The translations under genes were made by a program, and so were the position numbers. From an uncultured Actinomycetota bacterium (lineage in GTDB: Bacteria > Actinomycetota > Actinomycetes > Propionibacteriales > Nocardioidaceae), in contig CAVUMY010000002.1 in assembly GCA_963742765.1 (NCBI GenBank), positions 1,194,895-1,258,894 of the forward strand: DNA of 64,000 nt. The letters are read 5' to 3'. Each line of letters opens with the position of its first letter. The stretch's first letter is position 1. Shown here in pieces: positions 35,966 to 45,523 of this stretch. Below the pieces are notes generated by a model. The model did no database searches and had not been told where the DNA came from. It worked only from the letters and a program-made list of their open reading frames with translations.

Positions 35966-36229
35966 CTAAACGCTGCGCTGCATGTGCTTGTCGGCCGCCT
36001 TACGTGGGGCCAGCTGGCCGAGGTTGCCGTACAGCTTGTTGTCGGCGTTCTCGCGGACGGCGCAGGTGTTGAAGACGACGACGTCCGCGTCCGTACCGGG
36101 CGTCGCCCGCAGGTAGCCGGCGTCCTCGAGCAGGCCGGACAGCCGCTCGGAGTCGTGCACGTTCATCTGGCAACCGTGGGTCCGCACCTCGTACGTGCGT
36201 GGCTGCGCTGCCGTGGGAGTCGCCGTCAT
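35966..36229 (-). pseudogene. miaB: native 5' fragment of miaB left behind by the insertion
   Basis: 87 codons: [32 protein letters not shown]...AADKHMQ, then RSV-stop. It is identical at the protein level to residues 6-81 of the intact gene. Confidence 0.88.
35978..36205. repeat. attR (miaB-derived direct repeat, right copy)
   Basis: See attL. The perfect core is at 36099-36199. Confidence 0.9.
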
Positions 36230-36254
36230 AACCGCCCCAGCCTAAGCGACCGCA

Positions 36255-36308
36255 CCGAGTTGTCAGAACCGAGCCGGCCTATGGCGCTACTGGGTTCTGA
36301 CAACTCGG
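36255..36308. repeat. family-2 hairpin element, copy 2
   Basis: CCGAGTTGTCAGAACC-N22-GGTTCTGACAACTCGG has perfect 16-bp arms. It lies 25 nt upstream of the native miaB ATG (36229) and 5 nt downstream of the VOC gene stop. Confidence 0.9.
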
Positions 36309-36313
36309 ACGGG

Positions 36314-36715
36314 CTATTCGCCGGGGTAGTCGCCGAAGCTCCACTGGTTGCCTTCGGGGTCCTGGACGACGAAGTTGCGGCCGCCGTAGTCCTGCGCGGT
36401 CAGCGGTCGGACCACCTTCGCCCCGGCCGCCGTCGCGCGCGAGAAAAGCTCGTCGAGGTCGATCGTGTCATCCACGACGCAGTACGCCGAGGCGTGGCCG
36501 GTCGGGTCGGTCATGCCGTCGGGGCGCGGCCCGGAGCCGAGCATGATGCCGCCACCCGGCGGCCAGTCCAGCTGGGCGTGCATGATCTTCGTGGGGTCCG
36601 ACTCGTCGTAGTAGACCCCATGGGCGACGAAGCCGAAGGCGGCGGACAGGAACTCGACGGCGGCCGGCGCATCGCGGTAGCTCAGCGAGTGCCACACGGT
36701 GGGAGACGGGCTCAT
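36314..36715 (-). CDS. VOC (glyoxalase/bleomycin-resistance) family protein
   Basis: 133 aa with the paired beta-alpha-beta-beta-beta pattern (VWHSLSYRDAPAAVEFL...FVVQDPEGNQWSFG). One-nt TGATG overlap with the AraC gene. Confidence 0.8.
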   Translation of the reverse strand: MSPSPTVWHSLSYRDAPAAVEFLSAAFGFVAHGVYYDESDPTKIMHAQLDWPPGGGIMLGSGPRPDGMTDPTGHASAYCVVDDTIDLDELFSRATAAGAKVVRPLTAQDYGGRNFVVQDPEGNQWSFGDYPGE

Positions 36716-37596
36716 CAGGACTCCTTCAGGTTCGGGTCGAAGCGGATGACTTCAGCATCTCCGCCAGCGCCCGCGCCGTCTTGAACGAATGGGAGCTCGG
36801 CCCGGATCCACTCCCCCGGCGTGTATCCACACAGGTCTCGCCACTCGCGCGTCATGTGCGCCTGGTCAGCGAACCCACAGGCAAAGCCGACCTCGGCGAT
36901 CGGCTGCGCCAGCTGTCGCATCATGGCGTGCGACCGTTCGAAGCGCGCGAGCCGCCGCGCGTCCGTGGGGGACAGCCCGGTCTCCGCGCGGAACTGCTCA
37001 CCCAGGTGGCGACGGCTCCAGCCGACATCGGACGCCACCTCCGCCACGCGCGGCGCAGCACCGCCGGGTCCGGTCAACCGTGCCCAGGCGTGCGCCACCT
37101 CGGCCCGGGCGGGCTGGGTGTCCTCGCCGACGGCTGCCAGCTCGGTCAGCCCTCGACCGAGCGCCGCGAACCGTTCCGGCCAACCGGCCGCGTCCGCCAC
37201 GACGTCGTACAGCCGGCGGCCCCGGGCACCGAGAACGTCATCGACGGACACCAGCTGACCCTGCACAGCGGAGGCAGGTAGCCCCAGGAGCAGCCTGGCA
37301 CCTGCGAGCGTGAGGCCGAGCGAGATGCCCTCCTGCCGGCCCCACTGGCGGACATCTGCGGCCTCGACCGACAGGCCCGACACGACTGCCCAGAAGCGCT
37401 GCTGAGTCTCGGCGCGCCCGTACCACCCCACGTCGAGCGGCTGACCGAAAGCGAGCACGACCGTCAAGGTCGTGGACGGCATGCCGCGGTGGGCGGTCTG
37501 GGCACCCGCGTCGTAGCAGTAGCCGGACGCCTGCGTGACGTACGGACGCAGCGCAGCGGGCGGCCGCCACGAAGCCCCGCGACCCAACTCGGACAC
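36715..37596 (-). CDS. AraC-family transcriptional regulator
   Basis: C-terminal HTH region SDVGWSRRHLGEQFRAETGLSP...GFADQAHMTREWRDLCGYTP. A GTG start at 37596 was chosen so that the repeat element is not translated. The track ORF extends to 37665. Confidence 0.78.
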   Translation of the reverse strand: MSELGRGASWRPPAALRPYVTQASGYCYDAGAQTAHRGMPSTTLTVVLAFGQPLDVGWYGRAETQQRFWAVVSGLSVEAADVRQWGRQEGISLGLTLAGARLLLGLPASAVQGQLVSVDDVLGARGRRLYDVVADAAGWPERFAALGRGLTELAAVGEDTQPARAEVAHAWARLTGPGGAAPRVAEVASDVGWSRRHLGEQFRAETGLSPTDARRLARFERSHAMMRQLAQPIAEVGFACGFADQAHMTREWRDLCGYTPGEWIRAELPFVQDGAGAGGDAEVIRFDPNLKES

Positions 37597-37616
37597 ACCC
37601 CGAGCGTACGACGATT

Positions 37617-37670
37617 CCGAGGTGTCAGAACCCAGTCGGCCTATAGCGCTACCGGGTTCTGACAAGTCGG
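37617..37670. repeat. family-2 hairpin element, copy 3
   Basis: CCGAGGTGTCAGAACC-N22-GGTTCTGACAAGTCGG. It lies 20 nt upstream of the AraC GTG and 1 nt downstream of the oxidoreductase stop. Confidence 0.85.
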
Positions 37671-37671
37671 G

Positions 37672-38604
37672 TCAGACGGTGACGACGACCTTGCCGCGCA
37701 CGTGACCGGCCCTGTTGGCCGCCAACGCGTCACCGGCGCGGTCGAGAGGGAACTGCTCGGCGATCTCCACCCGCAGCGACCCGTCGGCGACCAGCGCGAG
37801 CAGGTCGGCCAGCATCGGGCCGTTCGGCCGGACGAAGATGTAGCGCCCACCCAGCTTCTTGACGGTGTCGGCGTCGACGATCGAGCCAAGACGGCCGCCG
37901 TCCGCGAGCACGTCGGGGGCGGACTCGAGCGAGTCGCCACCGATGAAGTCCAGCACCACGTCCACGCCGTCGGGAGCGACCTTGCGCACGTTGGCGGTCA
38001 GCTCGGCGGCGGATTCGCCGTACTCGACGGGCTCGGCACCGATCGAGCGGACGTAGTCGTGGTTGCGGGCGCTCGCCGTGCCGATCACGCGAGCACCACG
38101 CAGCTTCGCCAGTTGAACGCCGATACCGCCGACGCCGCCCGCGGCCGCATGCACGAGCACCGTGTCACCCTCGCCGACCTCAGTGGCGTCGATGAGCTGC
38201 TGGGCAGTCAGGCCGACCAGCGGGAGCGCGCCGGCGCTGACGAGGTCGACACCGTCCGGCACCTTGGCCACCGCGCGGATGTGCGCGGCCACGAGCTCGG
38301 CAAACGTTCCGTTCTGCACATGGTCCTTGCGGTTGTAGGCCGCCACCCGGTCTCCCGGAGCGACCTCGGTCACTGCGGGTCCGACGGCGACGACCTCGCC
38401 GGCGACGTCCCAGCCGGGGATCAGTGGCAGGTGATGCGGGAAGGCGCCCTGCAGGTAGCCGGCCACGACCTTCCAGTCGACGGGGTTCACCCCGGCAGCA
38501 GCGACCTTGATCAGGACGTAGTCGGGGCCGACCAACGGGTCGTCGACCTCTGCGGTCTCGACGACGTCAGGGTCTCCATAGGCTCGAATCACAGCGGCTC
38601 TCAT
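37672..38604 (-). CDS. NADPH:quinone oxidoreductase / zinc-type alcohol dehydrogenase-like (MDR) protein
   Basis: 310 aa. N-terminus MRAAVIRAYGDPDVV and Rossmann motif VHAAAGGVGGIGVQLAK. Confidence 0.88.
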   Translation of the reverse strand: MRAAVIRAYGDPDVVETAEVDDPLVGPDYVLIKVAAAGVNPVDWKVVAGYLQGAFPHHLPLIPGWDVAGEVVAVGPAVTEVAPGDRVAAYNRKDHVQNGTFAELVAAHIRAVAKVPDGVDLVSAGALPLVGLTAQQLIDATEVGEGDTVLVHAAAGGVGGIGVQLAKLRGARVIGTASARNHDYVRSIGAEPVEYGESAAELTANVRKVAPDGVDVVLDFIGGDSLESAPDVLADGGRLGSIVDADTVKKLGGRYIFVRPNGPMLADLLALVADGSLRVEIAEQFPLDRAGDALAANRAGHVRGKVVVTV

Positions 38605-38683
38605 GTCACGGCCAACACGAGAGCCGCTGTGATATTCCGGCTGGGCGGCCGGTGCGACTCAGGTCACGCGGCGTACGTGGCTC

Positions 38684-39727
38684 TCAGCCGCTCGAGCCGA
38701 GATCACGACCAGGGCCGAACCAGTGCGCCCGATCGAGCGTGCAGACGACCTCGGTGTCGACGCCCTCCCCGCTCACGCTGGGCGCGTCGATCCAGTTCCC
38801 GGCCACGAACCCACACTTGGCCAGCGCCCGCAGCGACGCGGCGTTGCGGTGGTCGGGGCTGGCGACGAAGCGAGGTGCGTCCGGGTAGGAGGGCACGAGC
38901 ACGTCCCGGCAGAACGTCCAGATCATGCGCGTCCCGATCCCCTGCCCGACCAGGGCAGGGTCGCCCAGCACGTAGTCGAAGCCGATGGCGTCGGGGTCCC
39001 CGGTCTTGACGGCGTACTCGTCGTAGTCGCCGACGCGGTAGGCCTGTACGTAACCCACAGCCAGACCGTCGATCTCGACCACCCACATCCGGGTGGGGTG
39101 CTCACCCTCGATCCGCGGTCCGTAGCGCTCGCGAGCAGCTGCCGGTGTCATCGCGTCACCGTGGAACCACCGAGCGGCGTGCGGCGCCTGCTGCCAGGCG
39201 ACGACCGCAGTCAGGTCGTCGTAGCGCATCGGCCGGAACGACACCGCGATCGTGGGGACGCTGGAACCCCGCCCGACCTGGCCGTCGGCCACCCAGCCCG
39301 GCAACAGGCGCTCGCGGCAGGCCTCGGGTGGCAACCACTCGTAGCGATCGTGCTCCGGATCGACGAGGTCGATCTCGGTCTCGCGCTCGACGTCGGCGCC
39401 GAAGATGGCCCAGTGGTACGGCGGCAGGCCTTCCCGCGGAGGCGCCGACAAGGAGAGATCCAGTGCGAAGACGTCCAGACCGGTCAGCCCGGCCTCCTCC
39501 GCAAGCTCGCGGAGTGCGGCGGGATACACGGCTTCGCCGGGCTGCCGCGATCCGGCCGGGGCAGTCCACGCCCAGTCGCCCTCGTAGTCGGGACCGTAGT
39601 GGTTGCGATGCAACAGCAGCAGCTCGACCGCCCCGGCGGTCGTCCGCCGGCGGACGACCACGGTCGCGCCGCGGGGATCGTCGGCTGCGATCTCCAGGCC
39701 GTCCCAGGTATGGGTGAGATCGGTCAT
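38684..39727 (-). CDS. NUDIX hydrolase fused to a GNAT (aminoglycoside-6'-N-acetyltransferase-like) domain
   Basis: N-terminal Nudix box PAGSRQPGEAVYPAALRELAEEAGL. The C-terminal half (FRPMRYDDL...GQGIGTRMIWTF...NAASLRALAKCGF) is GNAT-like. Confidence 0.7.
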   Translation of the reverse strand: MTDLTHTWDGLEIAADDPRGATVVVRRRTTAGAVELLLLHRNHYGPDYEGDWAWTAPAGSRQPGEAVYPAALRELAEEAGLTGLDVFALDLSLSAPPREGLPPYHWAIFGADVERETEIDLVDPEHDRYEWLPPEACRERLLPGWVADGQVGRGSSVPTIAVSFRPMRYDDLTAVVAWQQAPHAARWFHGDAMTPAAARERYGPRIEGEHPTRMWVVEIDGLAVGYVQAYRVGDYDEYAVKTGDPDAIGFDYVLGDPALVGQGIGTRMIWTFCRDVLVPSYPDAPRFVASPDHRNAASLRALAKCGFVAGNWIDAPSVSGEGVDTEVVCTLDRAHWFGPGRDLGSSG

Positions 39728-39764
39728 GCCGACACCCTAGTAACGCCGCCGGGCTGCCGCCCGC

Positions 39765-40121
39765 TCAGGCGATGATGCCCTCACAGTTGGGGTCGATGAT
39801 GTCGTGCTGGTCGACCGCATAGCTGTAGGCGACCACGTCGTTGCCGGTCCCGCAGTGGATCCGGTCGACCAGGCCGTCGTTCAGCAGGAAGATGTAGTCG
39901 TCACCGCCCGCAGCACGGACGATGTCGGTGCCGCGACCGGGCCGGATCCGGTCGTCTCCGCCCCGTCCACCGATGAGGTCCGGACCGCTGGTTCCCCGGA
40001 TGTCGTCGCCGCCCATGGTGCCGTGAATCTTGTGATAGCCGCCTGCGTAGGCCGCCGGACTCGACAGCGTCAACACCACGGCTGTGACAGCGAGCGTGGT
40101 GGTGGTGATGATTCCCCGCAT
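39765..40121 (-). CDS. secreted calcium-binding protein with RTX-like GGxGxD repeats
   Basis: ATG at 40121. Signal peptide MRGIITTTTLAVTAVVLTLSSPAAYA, followed by GGDDIRGTSGPDLIGGRGGDDRIRPGRGTDIVRAAGGDDYI. Confidence 0.65.
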   Translation of the reverse strand: MRGIITTTTLAVTAVVLTLSSPAAYAGGYHKIHGTMGGDDIRGTSGPDLIGGRGGDDRIRPGRGTDIVRAAGGDDYIFLLNDGLVDRIHCGTGNDVVAYSYAVDQHDIIDPNCEGIIA

Positions 40122-40330
40122 GCAGCCCTCCCATACCTGGTCGCACCGAGTCGAACCTCCGTCGAGGCCCGTCCGAACAGGGTGCCTGACCGCGGCGGGG
40201 GCAGCAACGGCTCGGGCGAGACCGGCGACCGGTCTCGGCGTGTCGAGGCGAGTCGTGTCAGCACGTGACGGAACCAACACGTTCGGTCAGAAGAGGTAAA
40301 CGGCCGTGACGGTGGTGGCGGAAGTGACGA

Positions 40331-40921
40331 TCAGTCCTCGATCTCCCCGAAACCGAGGTCTGGCTGCGCTTCCTCCGTCACCACCGCGGCGCTCGCGTCG
40401 CGTTTCAGCGCCTCGCGCACCACTGCAGCGGACAGACCGGGTGGATAGCCCTTCCGCGCGAGCATCCCGACCAGCCGCCGGGTCCGTTTGACGTGGTCGA
40501 GGTTCGTGGTCGCCCGCAGCTTGCGAGCGACCAGCGCTTCTGCGGCCGCTCGCTCGGAGTCGGGGTCGATCTGCTCGAGCGAGTCGGCGATCACCTGGTC
40601 GTCGACACCCTTCCTACGCAGCTCATGGCTGAGCGCGCGTCGGGACAACCCTCGGGCCTCGTGGCGGGACCGCACCCACGTGTCAGCGAACACCGCGTCG
40701 TCGACCAGCCCGACCTGCTCGAACCGGTCGAGAACCGACGTCGCGACCTCGGGCGGTACATCCTTGGCCGCCAGTGCGTCCGCCAGCTCGCGGCGCGACT
40801 TAGCGGACGCCGTCAGCTTGGTGAGCAAGATCGTCCGCGCCACCGACTCCGGGTCGGCGGCCGGACCGAGGTCGCGACCCGGGTCGTCGGGCTCGCGTTG
40901 TCGCCGTCGGTGGGTGGCCAT
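40331..40921 (-). CDS. recX: recombination regulator RecX
   Basis: 196 aa of helical repeats (ARTILLTKLTASAKSRRELADAL...) lying immediately downstream of recA. Confidence 0.9.
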   Translation of the reverse strand: MATHRRRQREPDDPGRDLGPAADPESVARTILLTKLTASAKSRRELADALAAKDVPPEVATSVLDRFEQVGLVDDAVFADTWVRSRHEARGLSRRALSHELRRKGVDDQVIADSLEQIDPDSERAAAEALVARKLRATTNLDHVKRTRRLVGMLARKGYPPGLSAAVVREALKRDASAAVVTEEAQPDLGFGEIED

Positions 40922-40927
40922 CGCTCG

Positions 40928-41968
<1,041 letters not shown>

Positions 41969-42121
41969 CTGGAGCCATCCCTTGTCCGGGTCGGATCGGG
42001 CCTCGTGAGACCCACGAACGTTGTCGAGAAGGACGCTAGAGGGACCCACCGACAGAACCGCCACGGACGGCGCGGGTGTGGAGGAGGGACCTGGTCACGC
42101 GCTTCTGTGGACCAGGTTATC

Positions 42122-42137
42122 TAGAACAGGTGTTCGA
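42122..42137. promoter_or_regulatory. LexA (SOS) box upstream of recA
   Basis: TAGAACAGGTGTTCGA has 1 mismatch to TCGAAC-N4-GTTCGA and lies about 155 nt upstream of the recA ATG. Confidence 0.6.
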
Positions 42138-42169
42138 AACGAGCGCGACACGCCCACCCAGCCACTCAC

Positions 42170-42200
42170 TTAGTCGTCGCTTAGTCGTCACTTAGTCGTC
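42170..42200. repeat. TTAGTCGTC repeated three times with 11-bp period
   Basis: Copies at 42170-42178, 42181-42189 and 42192-42200. On the minus strand each reads GACGACTAA (Asp-Asp-stop). The third copy is the real stop of the TolB-like gene. Confidence 0.85.
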
Positions 42201-43250
42201 GTCATCGTCGCAGCCGGACGACCCCCAGTCGGGATAGCTGTCGTACGCCACCGTGCGGGTGACCGGTCGCTCGCCCGTGCCGTTGACACGCATGATGAAG
42301 ACGTCGGCAGCGTTGGCCGCGTCTCCCCCCGTGGCCGGGCGACGTGCGAACGTGATGAACTTGCCGTTCGGTGAGTACGACGACCCGAGGTACTGGATGA
42401 GACCGCCGCTGGCGAACGTCAGCTGCTTGAGGTGGCTCCCGTCGGCGCGAATCGTGTAGAGGTTCGCTGACTCGTCGGACACGTCCACGTTGTCGTGGAA
42501 CAGGATGTACCGTCCGTCCGGCGACCAGTCCGGAGTGTCGCCCGCGCGGAGCGGGTAAGGCGTGACTCGTCGCTCGTGACCCGTCAGCAGGTCGACAGTC
42601 CAGATGGCAACGCCGTAGGTCGGCTCGGCCGTGCGCACATTGCGGCGCTGGAACAGGATCTGATCTCCGTTCGGAGACCATTGGGGGTCGGTGTCCTCAC
42701 CGGTGGCGGGGAGGTGTCGCTGAGTGATCCGCCTGACGTCCGAGCCGTCCGCCCGCATGACGTAGATCGCCTGCCGCTGGACTAAGTCGTCGACCACGGG
42801 ACCGGATGCCCGGGAAAAAGTGATCCAGTTGCCGTCGGGCGACCAGGCAGGCGAGCCGTTGCATGCGCCACTCGTGGGTCGACAGGTGCCGTGGGAGGAC
42901 CCGACTCCGGTCAGTCTGGTGAGGTCGGAGCCGTCGGCGTCGACCACGTAGATGTCGTCCACGAAGCAGGTGGGTCCGCAGTCATTGGCCTCGCGCTCGA
43001 AGACGATCTGTTCGCCGTCCGGGGACACGTCGGGGTTCCGGTCGACGTAACCGAACGGCGGGTTCGTGACCTGCACCTCGTGCTTGCCGTTGGGGTTGAT
43101 GGTGAACACCGCGCCCCAGGTCTTGTCGACGTTGAAGAACCTGCGGAACGCGATCCGTCCGTTGTCGCCGTGGAATGTGCCCTGTGCGTCCTGGACCTGC
43201 AGGCCGACTCCGGTCAGCAGCAGGATGACGAAGACGGCTAGTCGCTTCAT
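42192..43250 (-). CDS. secreted TolB-like/PD40 beta-propeller repeat protein
   Basis: ATG at 43250 and signal peptide MKRLAVFVILLLTGVGLQV. Repeated motifs: PDVSPDGEQIVF, PAWSPDGNWITF, PQWSPNGDQILF, PDWSPDGRYILF and YSPNGKFITF. Confidence 0.8.
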   Translation of the reverse strand: MKRLAVFVILLLTGVGLQVQDAQGTFHGDNGRIAFRRFFNVDKTWGAVFTINPNGKHEVQVTNPPFGYVDRNPDVSPDGEQIVFEREANDCGPTCFVDDIYVVDADGSDLTRLTGVGSSHGTCRPTSGACNGSPAWSPDGNWITFSRASGPVVDDLVQRQAIYVMRADGSDVRRITQRHLPATGEDTDPQWSPNGDQILFQRRNVRTAEPTYGVAIWTVDLLTGHERRVTPYPLRAGDTPDWSPDGRYILFHDNVDVSDESANLYTIRADGSHLKQLTFASGGLIQYLGSSYSPNGKFITFARRPATGGDAANAADVFIMRVNGTGERPVTRTVAYDSYPDWGSSGCDDDDD

Positions 43251-43408
43251 GGCTACTCCCCTTGGTGTGCGCACAGTCGCATAACCGGGTGCAAGCCACG
43301 CTGGATGGACTATTCGTTCTAGAGGTACTCCCGCCGGACGGCCGGGGCAAGACCAGCGTCGCTTCTCTTTGGCCAGAGGTTAAAGGCCCTACGGACACCG
43401 AGCCTCGG

Positions 43409-43603
43409 CTAGCGCTCGCGGGGTGGCAGCTCGAGCGCCTTCCAGACGGCGCGCCAGACGGTCTTCGCGTCCTCACCCTCGTCGAACGCCTGCGCCACCG
43501 TGCGCCCACCCAGCCCCTCGATCACCTGCTCGCGGGACCACACCTGGGCGTACGCCGCTCCCAACGCCGCCTCCATCCGGGTCCAGAACTCACTGTGTCG
43601 CAC
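43409..43603 (-). CDS. DUF3046-family protein (conserved recA-upstream gene)
   Basis: 64 aa, MRHSEFWTRMEAALGAAYAQVWSREQV... This is the typical small gene found upstream of recA in Actinobacteria. Confidence 0.8.
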   Translation of the reverse strand: MRHSEFWTRMEAALGAAYAQVWSREQVIEGLGGRTVAQAFDEGEDAKTVWRAVWKALELPPRER

Positions 43604-43696
43604 CCGAGCGAGCGTAGCCGCTCCGTCCGAGCGAATCCTGGCTTGCTCCGCCGTTCCGTGGCCCGGGCAGGACCGGATGGGGAAGCCACGAGAGCT

Positions 43697-44935
43697 CTAA
43701 ACGGGCGCACGCACGGTACGGAAAGTTGACGTGGCGAGCCCGACCGCCACGAGCGCGAAGATGGCTGCTGCCAGCAGGAGGGTCGGTCGGATTCCCCAGC
43801 CGTCGGCCAGGATTCCGGCGAGCGGGGCGGCGATCACCATGACGGCCCGGTTGAAGGAGCGCAGCGTGGTGTTGGTCCGGGCCTGGAGCTCGTCAGGGGT
43901 GATGAGCTGGCGAAAGCTCATCTCGTGGGAGTTGCTCATGCCCATCGCAAGCCCATAGAGCCCCTGCCCGACGGCAAGCACCGCTACCGCAGCCCACGCT
44001 GGTCCGGGCTCGCCGGCGATCACCATCACGAGCACACCCACGACGGTGATGAGGTGGGCGGTGATGATCGTCCAGCCGGTCCCGAGCCGCAGACCCACCC
44101 AGGTGGTGACGGCGGTTCCGAGGAGCGCCCCGATCCCACCGACGCCGCCGATGACGCCGAACTGGAACGGCGACAGGCTCAGCGCGCGCAGCGCGTACGG
44201 CGCCAGGACCACACCGATGATGGCGTTGCCGATGAACCAGACGTGCGTGTAGACGGCCAAGGTCCTCAGCCCGGAACCGCCATATGCCCACCGAACGCCG
44301 TCACGTATCTCCTGCACCAGGTCTCGGGCCGTGGCTCCTGCCCTGGACCGGGGCTCGGTCACGTGGATCCGGCTCAGCGTCACGGCAGAGTAGACATAAG
44401 TCATGGCGTCCGCGAGGACGGCGAGCGGGGCACCCAAAGCACTCACCAGCAGTCCGCCAAGCGCCGGGCCGGCGCTCATGGCCGCCGCGTCGGCGCCATC
44501 AACCCGGGCATGAGCGCGCTGGAGGTGCCCAGGCTGCACCAGCCGAGGGAGGAAAGCCATGTCGGCTGCACCGTTGATCACCGATGCAGTCCCGTACGCC
44601 ATCACGATCACGAGCAGTCCCGGAAATGTCAGGAGGTCCCGCCACCACAGCAGCGGGATCGCCGCCAGCAGGACCGCCTGAGCCAGGTCGGTGGCGATCA
44701 TGATCGGGCGTCGAGCATGGCGATCGACCAGCGCTCCCACCACGACACCGACGACCAGGAAGGGCAACCAGCGGGCCGAGTTCAGCCAGCCCACCTGAAC
44801 CGTCGAGCCATCCAGCGTCAGCACCACCAAGGTCTGCAGCGCGAGCAGGGTGATGTAGCTGCCGAAGCCCGAGACGGCATTGGCCCGCCAGTACAGCAGG
44901 AACGACCGCGACGGAAACCTCTGGTCGCGGTCCAT
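43697..44935 (-). CDS. MFS transporter (EntS/MFS_3-like, 12 TMS)
   Basis: 412 aa, hydrophobic throughout. N-terminus FLLYWRANAVSGFGSYITLLAL. Confidence 0.85.
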   Translation of the reverse strand: MDRDQRFPSRSFLLYWRANAVSGFGSYITLLALQTLVVLTLDGSTVQVGWLNSARWLPFLVVGVVVGALVDRHARRPIMIATDLAQAVLLAAIPLLWWRDLLTFPGLLVIVMAYGTASVINGAADMAFLPRLVQPGHLQRAHARVDGADAAAMSAGPALGGLLVSALGAPLAVLADAMTYVYSAVTLSRIHVTEPRSRAGATARDLVQEIRDGVRWAYGGSGLRTLAVYTHVWFIGNAIIGVVLAPYALRALSLSPFQFGVIGGVGGIGALLGTAVTTWVGLRLGTGWTIITAHLITVVGVLVMVIAGEPGPAWAAVAVLAVGQGLYGLAMGMSNSHEMSFRQLITPDELQARTNTTLRSFNRAVMVIAAPLAGILADGWGIRPTLLLAAAIFALVAVGLATSTFRTVRAPV

Positions 44936-44991
44936 GCCGTCATGCTCTCAAACGCTCGGCGCCACCGCTCACCGACGCCGGCAGAAGGCCT

Positions 44992-45501
44992 TCACATGCC
45001 GACGGCACCATCCGTCGTCTCACGCAACAAGTCGAGATGACCGCAATGCCGTGCCGTCTCCTGGATCATGTGGATCATCGCGTAGCGCAGGGTGAAGTCC
45101 ATGTCCTCCCCGCGGGCGGCGTCGTCGAGGTGGGAATCCGCAACCGCCCGTCGAGAGTTCGCGCACTCCTCGACGTAGTCGGCCACGATCTCGGCGAGCG
45201 TGTCGCCGGGCTCGATCCGGAAGTTGCTGTGGAGGTCGTCGTCGGTCCACGGCCAGGTCACGTCCAGGTCCGCGAAGTCGATGCTGAACCAGAACCGCTC
45301 CGTTCCAGTCAGGTGCTTGACCACGGTGGCCGGCGTCAGGGTGGACGGCGAGACGGCCGCGGTGAACGCCTGGGTGTCGGTGAGACCTGCCACCTTGTTG
45401 ACCACTGTGGCCCGATAGAAGTCGAGCATGCTCTCCAGCATCGTCCTCTCGGAGCCGTGCTGGATCGGTCGTGACCGCACCACCGCCTTTACATCGGACA
45501 T
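44992..45501 (-). CDS. DinB-family / DUF664 (mycothiol-transferase-like) protein
   Basis: 169 aa. Motifs LDFYRATVVNKVAGL, HLTGTERFWF and MIQETARHCGHLDLLRE. Confidence 0.78.
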   Translation of the reverse strand: MSDVKAVVRSRPIQHGSERTMLESMLDFYRATVVNKVAGLTDTQAFTAAVSPSTLTPATVVKHLTGTERFWFSIDFADLDVTWPWTDDDLHSNFRIEPGDTLAEIVADYVEECANSRRAVADSHLDDAARGEDMDFTLRYAMIHMIQETARHCGHLDLLRETTDGAVGM

Positions 45502-45523
45502 GGCGACATCCTAGGCAACCGAC

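Larger units (their letters stand above)
30107..36205. mobile_element. integrative element inserted in the 5' end of miaB (coordinates include both att repeats)
   Basis: 228-bp direct repeats at both ends, with a tyrosine integrase next to the left repeat. G+C is visibly lower than in the flanks. A truncated native miaB 5' stub lies at the right end. Confidence 0.85.

Noticed and set aside
42010-42030. GAACGTTGTCGAG as an additional SOS box close to the recA start
   Set aside because: The right half-site is TCGA, not GTTC. It does not fit GAAC-N4-GTTC.
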